A stretch of 64,000 nt of DNA from Tubiluchus corallicola (taxonomy: Eukaryota; Animalia; Priapulida): contig JAQGDQ010000354.1 in assembly GCA_030141605.1 (NCBI GenBank), positions 62,001-126,000 of the forward strand, read 5' to 3'. Numbering within the stretch: the first letter of the stretch is position 1; every line of letters starts with the position of its first letter. Positions 42,601 to 56,122 of this stretch are shown in pieces. The notes under the pieces are model-generated. The model had not been told where the DNA came from. It worked only from the letters and a program-made list of their open reading frames with translations, and ran no database searches. The position numbers and the translations under genes are program-made.

Positions 42601-45600
42601 TTGTTTACTAAACAAAACAGGATAAAACGCGTAATAAATTTGCTAAAAGTACATAAAACCCAAAAATGATCTCAGCACATAAATGTGATCATTACTGTAA
42701 CTGCAATATGCGTAACGACACTTATTTATTGGAAGGTGCTGCCCTCTACGAACAATGCGGAGAGGAAAGGACAGGCGGAGAACAATGTTGCTTGCGTTTT
42801 TATTCACAACAATGTTTTTTTATCGTTTTTGCGTTATAGTTAATAACAGCATTTAGTTTTTACCAAATTTGTACCTTGAGAAATTTTAAATCTTGATGAA
42901 GAGCCAACGATGTAAGTTACACGAGTTTAAATAATTTAATTAAGTTTACAAATTCGATCTGTGAAATTTGTAAAAGTACTTTGACCAACAGATTGTCTTC
43001 TTATTTATTAACCCTCTGTTTATCATTCTATTTATTTTTCTTACTTGTTAATTTTCTCTTTATTATTCTCTTTAGAATAAACGACTTTGGAACATGAATG
43101 AAATAGTGAAGGCTTTCTGTACATAACAATTACAAAGCTGAAGAACCCCTCTTAATAGATCGATTGACTGTTTTTACCTGTAGATACTCATTGTAATAAA
43201 GTTAACGAATTTTGTGTAAAAAGTGAAATTTCTCAATGGCCAGCAAGTTGATCAGCCACAACAATGTGAACTTGTAATTGCAGTAGTTGCAGTCGCATGT
43301 ATAATTATACATACGTTTATTCAGTACATTATAAGCTACTCGTTTCATCCTTTAAATGTCCACTATAAATTCATGGAAATTGTTGCAAAAATTTTAAGGC
43401 TGCTTACGTCTATGCTTTACCTAATTTTTGTGTAACATTTTAGGTGAAAACCAATGGCTGCCAGCGCATTGTCGTGTGATTTTGGAATGTATTAACTACG
43501 TACTGTATGAACAACATCAGTTCAAAGGCAATTCTGATGAGTATTATGATGCTAAAAATTCATTCATAAATAGGGTATGTAGAAATTTGCAATCATTTTA
43601 TTGTAAAACGTAGACAATGTTCACCTCAATCACAAAATTGAACAAACAGTCATAAAGTTAGCAATATGATATTTAACAGAAGGAAATTGCATCCTTTCTC
43701 AATGCTGTCTCTGGATCAACTGAAACTTGCATGCCTGAGAGAATAGAGCTGTAATCACATGACCAGACATACAAGTTCCTATTGGAAGGTACATCACATT
43801 CATGCTCACAGACTATAAATGGAAAGGTTACCTATACTCTACAGACTACTAGTCAAACCAAAATCAAAGTCTACTTGGCTTCTTTGATAGTAGAATAAAG
43901 ATTATTGGTTTACAGAAAGATGTGTTATAATGTTATAATTTTTCTCTATTTAAATTTGAATAAGAGAGTTAGATCCAGAATTAAAGCATGAAATTAACAA
44001 CCTAATTACTCTGATTAATGAATATCTAAAAAAGCAAAATGAGACAATATTTAGAAACAAAAATCAATCTCTGACAAACATAGTACAATTAGAGTAAAAC
44101 AACGACTGTAGATGGCAGCATAGACTAATTCAGTACCTTAGTGTAGTAGACTGACAATTAAATGGGTCACATAATGCTACAATCGCGTACTCAGTACAAT
44201 AAGCGATAGGGTATTTAAACAATTTTATTTTCTCATATCATTAATTAAATAAACATACAGGTTGATCCAGAAAAAAACGTCCCCCAAACTAACTTGTAGT
44301 TGTTCTTTCTGGTAGGCATTTATAAAAGAGACGACACCACTGTGTAGCCCACTTACACCTGTTTTTAAAGAGTTACAATTTCCCTCCCAGGTCCCCAAGT
44401 ACCAATAGGATGTTTTTTTCTACGCGGAGGTCCTCTAGAAATGGCGGGTTAAAAACTTGCAAAAATGGTCATTTTTTGCTCATCGTCAGGCCGACATTAA
44501 AAATTTGTTTCCATTTAATCGCCCGTGTAACATTTTTTTATTGCACACCCGGCCGGGAATTTTGAAAGGTAAAGAGGCTGGTGAGCAGCGTCAAGCGAAT
44601 AGCAAAAAGATAATTGTTAAATTAATTCTACATTAATAGCAAAAAGTTCCACTAATGAAATACCTGCAACCACACCATAGTTATGGATGTGATGATGAAG
44701 CTAGTGAAATGGGTGTGTTCGTGAAAAAGACAAATTAGACTTTGAAAAATTCCTCATGAAAGAGCTTGGGTGAAAATGTACCCAGGAGTAGCAGAAATTG
44801 CAGAAATTTCATTGCTTCTCAAGATCCACACGTACAATGGGGTCATAAATTAAATTTAAAATTCATTCGACGCAGTTAGCTACGCTTAGTTCACCATAAT
44901 ACACTATAATAGTACACACAGGTATTATTATACTTTATTATAATATTACACAAGAAAAATTCAATTTTGAGTGTGTTGGGGGTTGTGGGGGAAGGGGTTG
45001 ACCTTCGTTGAGCGGGCACTAGGAATTCTTTTGCCTAGGGTGTCCAATTAAACATGGTGCATTGTAATACAAATAAGTGGTACATTGACAATCACATTCA
45101 TATTCGTAACTATTTAAAAAAAAAATTCACTCTTTAAGGCTCACTTAAAGTCGTGATTACATATTATGTTTTCCTTTCTCAACTTTCATGTTTATTGCTC
45201 TTATACCATTGCTATTATTACATCATTTACTTCATCCTTATTTGCATTAAGTTATCTACAGAAGCATGCATAACTATAATCATTTTTTCATTTAAGTAAG
45301 GTGAGTGTGTTAATAACCGTATGGCCGTACACTCACCTCTCACTACTCAAATTATTTTATTTAAAGTTTATTAATGTGTGTGATGTTATATTTTGATGTG
45401 TGAAAATAAATTCATAGTTCGTAGTACCTAGAGCTGACACTGTAAAGTGGAAGTTTTTTATTTTTATTATAAATCTAATGTTTAAAAAAGTTAAGTGAAA
45501 GATAAGTTTTTATTTAGCTTAGTGTAACTGCTGCATTAAAACATGTTTACATTTTGCACTTTTATTTGAAATGTTTTATCGATGCACTGATTATTTTGTT

Positions 45601-48600
45601 GTTGCATTCACGACTTGTTCAGTTGTTGTTTTAATTTTCAACTGCATTATTTGCTTGCTTTTTTTCCATTGGTATAATTATAATATAACTGCTTTGCATT
45701 TTATTTATTTGCTACACTTAAGACCTAACCACGTATTTATTCACTTAACCATGTAGTCTGCCGTACTTTATAATATTTCTAAGTTATATAGGGGTGGCTG
45801 ACTCGATGACCTCCGGTCTTTCGCCACCCCATCTCTACATACTTTATATAATTTGTTGTATTTGCGCTATAAATATTGTAGCGGGTCGCAGAATTAAACC
45901 GCCACGGGCTTCGTGAAAATGCAGTGTATTGAATGTAAAATTGCGTGGGCCAATCAGAGCTCAGTTTTCTAGACCAATTTTCTCGAGCGTGTAACCTGTT
46001 CTCGTAGATTCAAGGGCAGTGCGTTCTCGTCCATGTTCGGCTTCGGTTTCATTTTGTTTTTCTCTTCTTGGTTGCTGTTATTAAGTCAGTCGTGATTCAG
46101 TCATTTTTTGTTTAACCCTTTGGTTTGCATTTCGACTCAACGCGTAAGTGTCAGCTATAAACTGTTGCTAAGTGTTTCATTTTACTGTTTTTCTTTCTTT
46201 TCTTTTTTTTATAATTTTCCTTAATTATGTATCCTCGCTATCATAGACGGCATCACAATATTATACTAGAGATGAATAAACCTTTGAATTGAATTGAATT
46301 GATTGTAAAAATGTTGAAATTTCAGGTACTGGATGTTGACCATCATAGAGGAATACCCATCACTTTGTGTATATTGTATGCAAGCATTGCCAGCCGTATT
46401 GGCGTCGTCTGTGAACCGATTAACTTTCCAGCACACTTTCTTCTCCGTTGGAAGGAACATCCCGAGTAAGGCAGCATACGTTTCAAATCTTTTGTTGAAC
46501 TCAAATTTAGTTTTTCCAAATTAATACAGTAGGCGCCGTATAGACTCAGTTGCTTGATTAACTCAAAAACACCTGGAACGGGCCGCTGCTATTCAAATGT
46601 GTATAAAAACTGCTGGTAGTTGACTCAATATTTTTCTTTCGCTTGCTTAAAATAAGACACTTGTGTGTGACCAAAGAGCTTTTACTGCTTTTATGTCATC
46701 TTTACATCGATTTTGTGCACTGTAATATAAGTAGAAACAGTCGTGTTAAGTACAGCTTTGTTTCTAAGCAGGTAAAGCATGTTTATCATATGTGCTAATA
46801 TGTTAGCGTAACGGTTTTGCTTTGAATCTGTCACCCACTTGTCTGCTGCAATTAACCTTCATTAACCAAAGAATTTCTGGAAGCTGAACATTTAATCACT
46901 TGACCAGCGGTTTGCTTTTCAAGCTCCCGCTGCTTTTCACAGAGGAAACAAGGTCATCACCAACTGCAACTCAAGCACCAGGTGACTAAGTGTTTTGAGT
47001 GAATGTGTGCAGCATACAGCAACAGATTTTCAAATGTTTTTATGATTATGTGAATTTGTTGTGATGGGCAGGAATATACGTACATTGACGCATTTCGTAA
47101 AGTTTACTTTTCACTTGCAGACTTACTGATGGGCAGGAATATACGTACATTGACGCATTTCGTAAAGTTTACTTTTCACTTGCAGACTTACTGATGGGCA
47201 GGAATATACGTACATTGACGCATTTCGTAAAGTTTACTTTTCACTTGCAGGCTTACTGAAGGGCAGGAATATACGTACATTGACGCATTTCGTAAAGTTT
47301 ACTTTTCACTTGCAGGCTTACTGATGGGCAGGAATATACGTACATTGACGCATTTCGTAAAGTTTACTTTTCACTTGCAGGCTTACTGATGGGCAGGAAT
47401 ATACGTACATTGACGCATTTCGTAAAGTTTACTTTTCACTTGCAGACTTACTGATGGACAGGAATATACATACATTGACGCATTTCGTAAAGTTTACTTT
47501 TCACTTGCAGGCTTACTGATGGACAGGAATATACATACATTGACGCATTTCGTAAAGTTTACTTTTCACTTGCAGACTTACTGATGGACAGGAATATACA
47601 TACATTGACGCATTTCGTAAAGTTTACTTTTCACTTGCAGACTTACTGATGGACAGGAATATACATACATTGACGCATTTCGTAAAGTTTACTTTTCACT
47701 TGCAGGCTTACTGATGGACAGGAATATACATACATTGACGCATTTCGTAAAGTTTACTTTTCACTTGCAGACTTACTGATGGACAGGAATATACATACAT
47801 TGACGCATTTCGTAAAGTTTACTTTTCACTTGCAGACTTACTGATGGACAGGAATATACATACATTGACGCATTTCGTAAAGTTTACTTTTCACTTGCAG
47901 ACTTACTGATGGACAGGAATACACATACATTGACGCATTTCGTAAAGTTTACTTTTCACTTGCAGACTTACTGATGGGCAGGAATATAGATACATTGACG
48001 CATTTCGTAAAGTTTACTTTTCACTTGCAGGCTTACTGATGGACAGGAATATACATACATTGACGCATTTCGTAAAGTTTACTTTTCACTTGCAGACTTA
48101 CTGATGGACAGGAATATACATACATTGACGCATTTCGTAAAGTTTACTTTTCACTTGCAGGCTTACTGATGGACAGGAATATACATACATTGACGCATTT
48201 CGTAAAGTTTACTTTTCACTTGCAGGCTTACTGATGGGCAGGAATATACGTACATTGACGCATTTCGTAAGGGAAGGTTTATGCCACAGCAAGATTGTGT
48301 CCGTACTTTAGACATAAGGAATATTCTAGATGAAACTTTTTACTCTGCTATTCCACCAACTGAGGTAAATTCAATTCTTGGTGCTTGTAATAAAGAGAAA
48401 AATGTTTTTTGATCAAATCAGGAATTGATAGTAATATAATGTAAACCAAAGCAGTCAGTGTTGCATCTGGGGATTGTCTGTTGTGTTTATAGTAAGAGCC
48501 TAATTCAATACTTGTATTTAAATCATTCTCTGGTTAATATTGGCAAGCTTACGTTAAACCTTGGGCTTTTCTATGTTGACCATTTTGCATCCACATTGTG

Positions 48601-51600
48601 AAGATTTCTCCTGTCATATTTATTACAATTTACATCGAGTAACGATACAATTTCCTTCAATGTGCTGAGTCATTACATGTGTGCTTGCATAGCCACGAGG
48701 CGGCAATTAAGTTTTTCTAGTTATTCACACATCCTGAATCTCCATTTCACGAGGATCATGTTGATGCCAAGCTCATCATTCTGTGTTATTTCTAAGCTGA
48801 GATAATCCACTTTGAAGTTGAGGTGCAGGCTTCACACTGAAAAACATAAACTTGAGAAAATCACAGTTAAAGTTAGCCATTGTTTTTTGTTGCGTTTCCA
48901 CAAAACACTTAGCAACCGAGCAAACAGGTGGTTGCTACGGACTTTGCAAGAATACGTGGAAGTTATGTTTAAATCCAGTGGATGGCTCTTTATAACGAAG
49001 ATCAGGGTTTGGGAACAGAAAAAACTCGAAGCAAGTGATTGCTTCCATGAGCTACTACCGGAGTTTGAAAATACAAGTTTTTCACAATAATAGTACTACT
49101 AGTTTCTAGCCAGAAAAGTGGGTATGGGGTTATAAAATTAGATTTATAATATTTTTTAAACATTTTCTTGATAATTTGATGCTGGAATATAAAAGTTCAA
49201 CGTATTTAGCATTTGTTTTTATAAAAAACAAAAAACTGGCTTTTGACCATCATAATGTTATTTTAACTATGCCGACTTATGGATGGCTTTGGTTTGCAAG
49301 CACATGTGACAATTGCTGCACTGGTGTTAAACATGCCTTCATGCTATTGTTTGCATGTGACAGGTTTTAAGGCGCATGATCAGGAATTTGATCAACGTTG
49401 GACGTCAGCAGAGTCAAGTAGGCGATGGATTACTCTGCTTACGAAATGCATTGGAGTTGAATGCAATTCTTAACGAAGACGACATTGACAGTCGGCTATT
49501 GCTGGCTCGACTCTGTTGCCATTTGGGAATTAATTTTAGAGAGGTGAGTCAGAGATTATGTAAAGCAGTCGATAAAAATGATTATTTTCTAAAAACTGCT
49601 CATGGTTACAGTCAGTAATAATAATATTATGTAGTAATGGTAATAATAATGTGACAATGTTATCAGTATTTATGAAGAGCAGGCCAGGGAAGGACCATAG
49701 GATCATCTAGTCTCCTGCCCTTTCTTATAAATAGATTAGTATATTAAAAATTAACGGTGATGCTGCAGATAACAAAAAGAAAAACAAATAAGAAAAAATA
49801 ATAATAAAAACAGTATAAATGATACAAATTATCCAAAAAGAACTGAAAACACAAAAATAATAAAGTTGGGTGCCTAAATCTAAACAAAATAATACAATTA
49901 ATCAGTAATTATGATTATTATATATAATAGTTTCAAATGGGGTCTTATTAACAGGGGAATTTGACCAAGGTTAGTGAGTAAAGTTAAAAACTGAGAGTAT
50001 GGAAAGAAAAAATAAGCATCAAAAAAGTGTAATATAGAAAAATTAATGAGAAAAAGTAAGTATGAGAAAGAGCAACAATTACTTAGGAGAAAAAAGAGAA
50101 AAAGTGTAAAGAATGAATGGGAATCGTTGGCTAATTCATTTCTTGATTGATTATTTACAGGTGATAAACGACATGCGTCGTATCACTGCATTACATCCCG
50201 GTGATGGAGACATGCTTGTCCAAATGATTGAACGCAATGCACAGAAGATGATAGAAATGGAAGAAAAAGAAGTTCTTAAACCAGTATGCATGTTAATCTT
50301 GTTGATGTAGTAGTAAAATTTGTTATACTTAATTACGTAACTTGGCTTCTTTTTACAATGTACGGCTTCAAGTGGATAAGTAATGACCAATAGGGGTGGG
50401 TATGATCTACCAGGGAGTGAATTTGCATCGAATCAAATTTGTGACTTTGAAATCAAGCGAAATCAAACTTCAGCATTTTCGAATCCAAATTAAATTGGAA
50501 TTCACTTTCAAAGATTTTCGAATCACTTGCAAAAAGCAGTCTCACGAAGATCATGCATATTGCTTGATTTTGTTCTGCAGTAAAAACACTAATTATTTGT
50601 TTGAAAACTTGTGCACAGAAATCACAACTGAATTATGCAGATTGCAAGATGTTTTAAACATTTTAATAATAAAGAATGTATGTAGTTGAACTGTTGAACT
50701 GTTCAAATTTGTAATTTAGCTTACAGCTAGACCAGAGGTATGATTATGAAGATGATGAAACTAGTGAAATTGATCTATGTGAAAAAAGCTAGTTAGGATT
50801 CTAATTTTTCTTCTTGAATATGCTGAGTGAAAATCTACCCAAGTGTGCATACTCTACATGGAGAATATGTAGTAGAAATTGCAGAAATTGTAGAAATTGT
50901 AGAAAAAAGCTAGTTAAGATTCTAAAAAAATTTCTTGAAAATGCAGAGTGAAAATCTACCCTACCCAAGTGTGTGTACATTTTGATTGCTCTGTAAGACC
51001 CTGAACAAAGGGTCATAAATTCAACTTGAAATTCATCCAACAGAAGCTGCAAGCATGTAATTAATATACAGGCAGGTAGCATTGTACTTTATTATATACA
51101 TGGGTGGAAGGGGCGACTGTTTGTGGGGGGTGCTAAAGTACACTTGCCTGGAGCATCAAACTACCAGGAGCCAGGTTTGGGTATCTGCACGTCCCATCAT
51201 GGAAGTCCACTCATATCTCGGTTTACGGATATCAAAAGAATTGGACAAAATCCGGACTGTTAAAAGTCCTGCATACCATGGACAGTTTGTTGTTTCGCGA
51301 GCTGACCGCTAATTGGCGGGCCGTCACTTTGTGTACATCATTACCATAGTGTAACCTCGTGTGTCTCTATATTTAAAAGCATCAAGTCAGTTATGCGGAG
51401 TTATTTGAGTCAATTGCAGACAGTTTTCATATATTTCTGCGCAGAAGTGGCCCCTACTGGATGTTTTTGAGACAACCAGGTGATTGATTCTACATTACCG
51501 TGAGTCTTATACACACAGCCTACTGTATTTAGGTTACTATCGGTGAATACAGACAATCGGCAAATTGGACCGATGTCTCCCCGCTTTTGTCTGACAAGCC

Positions 51601-54600
51601 GATATATGAGTGTACGATTCTTTTACTTTTGAGCAGCTTTGTGACATGCTAGCGGAACGACTGAATCGATATTTTTTGTTTTTTCCTGTAGTTAACAGCA
51701 AAACTAAAGTCGAAGCATTCCGAAGTGAAATATGCCGTGGGTTTAGTAATGCAGCATAAAAGGTAGGTGAAAAAATTACATCTGAGTGTTTGCTACAGTC
51801 TTAAATTTCTCACTTTGTTTGGCTTTGAATTTGCTTGAATTTGTTACGTTGTCATTTTTTGTGCAATTCTAGCGGTGCATTTAGATACCAAGTAACTCGC
51901 AAGTGCATTAAGACTAGAGAGCAAAACCTGCCGCCAGTTACTCTCCGTCTGTAACCTCAAGCTGATGCTTATTTCTCTATTCACTTTGAGATGTGTTGAG
52001 AGTAACTCTCGAGCATGTTCAGACTAGAGAGCAAAACTTGCCGCCAGTTACTCTCCGTCTGTAACCGCAAGCTGGCGCTTACTTCTCTATTCACTGTGAG
52101 ATGTGTTGAGAGTAACTCTCAAGCATGTTCAGACTAGAGAGCAAAACCTACCACGAGTTACTCTCTGTCAATAACCGCAAGGTGATGGTTACTTCTCTAT
52201 TCACTGTGAGATGTGTTGAGAGTAACTCACAGAGGCATTCACACTAGTTAGTAACTTGCAGGAAATTAACTCGCGCCAACTGTCGGAGAGTTTGTGTGAG
52301 TGCAAAAATTGATTGTGTGTTTTCGTGTTGGTCAGTTTATGTTAGTAAGTAAGTAAAAAATTTATTTGTCTCTGAATGTTACAAAATAAACATAAACAAA
52401 AGGTAAAAACTAAAATAAAGACGGAAAAGAGACGGGGTGGCGAAAAGACTAAGGGTCACCAAGTCAACCACCCCTATCCAAACTGAAGAAAATTAAGTGA
52501 CCTGTCAAGTAAGGTATGTACTAATGAAAATAATCAGCAACTTAACAAAAAATAAAAAATAAATAAAATAAAAATAAATGAGGCAACAAGTTGAAATGAG
52601 TTTAAATTTACCGCATAATGTTACACTTTTAAATTTTTCAAACATGTCAGCAGACATTTTGTGTGATTCGTTTGATAGGAAGAAGGAATGATTTTAAAAT
52701 GAATTTTGGTGGTATGGGTTTATATATGATTATAATTTTCTTTTGTTATATTTTTAAGCAACTTTTTTATGTGCATATATTATGCGGTAAATTTAATATT
52801 TTTAATCACATGTTTAAATGCAGTGAAACATGTCCCTTTTCTTTTAAACTGGCACCTGTTTTTATTTTAATCACTGATTATATTTTTCAGGTATTTCTAC
52901 CCCTGTGTGATTTATGGGTGGGATCCGATATGTGAAGCCAGTCAGCAGTGGATTCATCAGATGGGTGTGCATAAACTACAAGATCAGGAGAAACAACCTT
53001 TCTACAATGTTTTGGCCGATGATGGCTCTAATAGATACGCTGCACAGGGTAAATTTTATTCCATGTATTTGGTTTTAAAACAATTGAATTTGGTGTGTAT
53101 AGTGAAACACATTTTTGTACTCGGAGACGCAACAAGAAATGTACGATTGCAGTTATTTCAGCTAAACTCCTATGAATTCTCTACATTATTAACATGTCAC
53201 ATGTGTGTGACATGCGCTAAATACAAGTCCAACAGTCTTTTAGATGTAATTTATGATTTTTTATTGTCCAAAATGGGCAATCATCGTCTCATCCCAAAAT
53301 CGCTATCACATCATGACATATTTGACTGACTGACTGACTGACTGACTGATATATTATGAGCGACTCGACTTCATTTTACCTGAAGCAAATAAAAAACATT
53401 TTCTGCTAATCCAATGTCAAAACGATAATTAACTGCTATAATGAAAATGTATAATAATATTATGAAATATGAAGAAATCAAACTTACATCTTTGCCGCAT
53501 CTTACTAACTTGCTAAAGAGAACTCGACTGACAAAATTTTGTTATAAAACGACACGACGTGCTGAACAAGAATGACTTCTTTCCTATCCTGTCTGCAAAA
53601 TGTCCTGTCCTAGCTCACCTGTCTATCAACAGCCTAAATTTGCAAAAAACAAACACAAGGAGGCACCACTTGCTTATATCCAAAACATCACAGTTCCGTG
53701 CCATTTGAGCTTCTGCTTACGAGATTAAATGTCAGTAAGTTAAGGCTGCTAATTCACGAATACTCTGTCTAAAGTATTTTTGCACATGCATAGTACGTAT
53801 TGTACAGTAATGTATAGATTTAATGAATTCACGTTAGCATCTTCCATTTCACGTTAGCATCCGACTGTCGCATGTGCATAGTTTTTATGAAATGTATTTA
53901 TAAAATAAGTATAGCGTCCCTACTTCGCGGAAATTCACTTGTCGCTGGTGGGCCTGGAACAGAACACCCGCGATAAGTGAGGGAACACTGTATTTCCATC
54001 TTATGCACTTTCCATTAACATTTCATCTTTTTCTTATCTATCCTTTTTTACACCTTAAAACCTGCTTTAATGTTGTGCACCATTAACTACATTAACTACA
54101 CTTGCACAAGGACTGCTTCTTGACGATTATGAAAGCAACATTTATATAGATACCATGCCATTTTCATTTTATTGAAGTATTGCTGTAATTATGAAATTCT
54201 GAGTAGTATGACTTTCATATTGTGTTTTGTTGTGGTATATATCTGTTGTGTTTTGTTGTGGTATATATTTGTTGTGTTTTGTTTCTCTCGGAAGGCTTGT
54301 AGAGAAAACCAGAAAACACTTCATCAAATTTAACTAGTTTATTAAGCGAAAATTCTACAACACAAAGTATGAAGGAACGCGAAATGTTTACACTAAATGT
54401 GAAAATCTGGAAAACGTTTAAGTATATCTGAAAATCAAAGTATACAAGAGAATGTGTAAGTGGCGTCCGTGTGAATCTGTGTGTATCTCTCAGCGGGCTG
54501 CTTCGCCTTATATAGGGTGCCAGGGAACATTCTAGAAGTTTCCTTCTAGAACATTCTACAAGGTAAGACGATTATTCTAACGGAACATACTACAATGTTC

Positions 54601-54904
54601 TATTTAATTCTAATAGATGCCAGCGATCTCCACAACAACATTATTGCTTGATGTTGTCGTAATAAAAAATAACAAGGTTTGACTGTACATGCGATTTCTT
54701 CTGTACAGAAATCATTTTTATTTGGCAGAAAACTTGATCTTTCCTAAACAGACCAGCACTCCATTCACTGGGATAAATCATTCGGAGGTTGGTCGACATT
54801 TCTGCGAATATGATCACGAGAGAGGATGTTATGTTGGCAATGCAGAGAAGCAGCGAGAGTATCCCGAAGATTTGTCAGCAGCTGAGGAGATTATGAGGAA
54901 GTAA
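36696..54904 (+). CDS. FBXO21: F-box only protein 21-like (F-box, transglutaminase-like/SirB1 and YccV/HspQ domains); exons 36696-36892, 37504-37758, 38827-38966, 40582-40743, 43444-43574, 46326-46465, 48226-48364, 49364-49543, 50161-50283, 51692-51762, 52891-53048, 54729-54904
   Basis: F-box LLPNEVLTIIF; EGAVLIAEWFQP; FKGNSDEYYDAKNSFINRVL; GIPITLCILY..EPINFPAHFLLRW; YIDAFRKG; VLRRMIRNL; KYAVGLVMQHKRY..CVIYGWD..QPFYNVLADDGSNRYAAQENL; all junction phases compatible. Confidence 0.92.
39150..39720. mobile_element. Interspersed DNA-element copy; inverted partner at 48785-49305
   Basis: About 550 bp reverse-complement similarity (CCCACTTTTCTGGCTAGAAACTAG / CTAGTTTCTAGCCAGAAAAGTGGG). Confidence 0.8.
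41509..41955. mobile_element. TA-flanked Tc1/mariner-type MITE family T
   Basis: TA-CACTCATATCTC ... GAGACATGAGTG-TA; relatives at 51208-51612, 54933-56122, and a fragment at 3658-3718. Confidence 0.8.
45791..45830 (+). mobile_element. CR1-clade LINE 3' stem-loop; similar hairpins at 769-809, 2812-2851, 38478-38519, 49681-49721(-), 52433-52476(-)
   Basis: Stem-GACTAGATGACC-loop-GGTC-TTTC-stem, like the CR1 3' UTR hairpin, embedded in AT-rich tails. Confidence 0.65.
47062..48270 (+). repeat. 65-bp tandem array made of the FBXO21 intron-6 acceptor plus the start of exon 7 (18 acceptors)
   Basis: CAG acceptors end at 47120+65k up to 48225; the last one opens the coding exon. Confidence 0.96.
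48785..49305. mobile_element. Inverted partner of 39150-39720
   Basis: See partner. Confidence 0.8.
51208..51612. mobile_element. MITE family T, inverted orientation
   Basis: CACTCATATCTCGG ... CCGATATATGAGTG. Confidence 0.78.
51911..52230. repeat. 110-bp tandem repeat x3
   Basis: AGACTAGAGAGCAAAAC at about 51911, 52021, 52131. Confidence 0.9.
54298..54637 (-). mobile_element. Possible solo LTR
   Basis: TGTAGAGA..TCTCCACAACA ends, minus-strand TATA and AATAAA; no clear TSD. Confidence 0.35.
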
Positions 54905-54932
54905 CATTTTTTTACTAATCTAAAATCTTTTC

Positions 54933-56122
54933 CACTCGTATCTTGGTTTGCTGGACAAAAGCAGGGAGACGTCGGTCCGAATTTGCTGATTGTCCGTATT
55001 TACCAATACTAAGCAAATACAATAGCAGGGATGAGAATTTCGTGAATTTTACGTAAAAACAATCATGTTAAGTGCCATTTTGTTTGTAAGCAGGATTGTT
55101 AAATAACGGCATAATAAGTTAGGTATATTACTTTGTTTTTAAAATTCATTAAAAGCCTTTGCATTGCATACCAAGCTGATCATTCGTACTTCTGTACTAG
55201 TAACACTAGATGTGTCAGTTAATAGCAGGGATGAGAATTTTCCGCGGATACGCGGAATTCCGAGTTTTTGGAAGACCAGTTGTGCCATTTTTGTAAATCT
55301 CGTAAATTCATTGAGAAAACTTTTACGGACCCAGTACATTATTTCACAAGCTGACCGCTAGATGGCAGGCCGTCACTTTGTTTACATCACGTACATCAGT
55401 GTAACCACGTGTATATCTCTATGTATAAAAATATAGAATCAATTGTGCAGAGTTATTTGAGTCAATTGCAGACAGTTTTTATATACTTTTGCATAGGAGC
55501 GGCCATTATTTAGGCATTTTTGAGACAATTAGATATCATGTATACTTGATAGTTGGGTATTTTAAATTATGCATGAAACAAGGTAATTGATATTTTAAGT
55601 CCACTTAGAGGCTCTCTATGGTCACAAAATTGCAATTTGTTGCTGGTTCCAAGGGGGCTCCCAACCCCATTGGTGGCCTAGGTGGCCCCAAAACCCCCGG
55701 CCTGTTTCAGTGTTTTTTGCAATTTGTCATTCTCATCCCTGCAGTAGGCGCCGTGTATTAGATTCATGGTAATGTAGAATCAATCACCTAACACTAACAG
55801 TCTCAAAAACGTCTAATACGGGTCGCTCCTATGCAAGAGTATATAAAAACTGTTGGCAGTTGACTCAAACAGCTCATAAAACATAATTGACTCTATGTTT
55901 TTCTGCATGCTGATTAAACACTTAAACACGTCTGAGCTATACACATCTCGTTACAAGCTGCTTAGTTACGCTGATGTAAACAAAGTGACTGCCCGCCAAC
56001 TAGCGGTCAACTCACGAAACAACAGACTGTATCTGTAGTATACGTGACTTTTATCGGTCCAGATTTTGACCGATTCTTCCGATATCCATAGAAGCGAAGT
56101 CCAGCAAACCGAGCTACAAATG
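54933..56122. mobile_element. MITE family T copy with nested CAGGGATGAGAAT-family insertion(s) at 55026-55741
   Basis: Outer TIRs plus inner TIR pair CAGGGATGAGAAT / ATTCTCATCCCTG. Confidence 0.75.
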
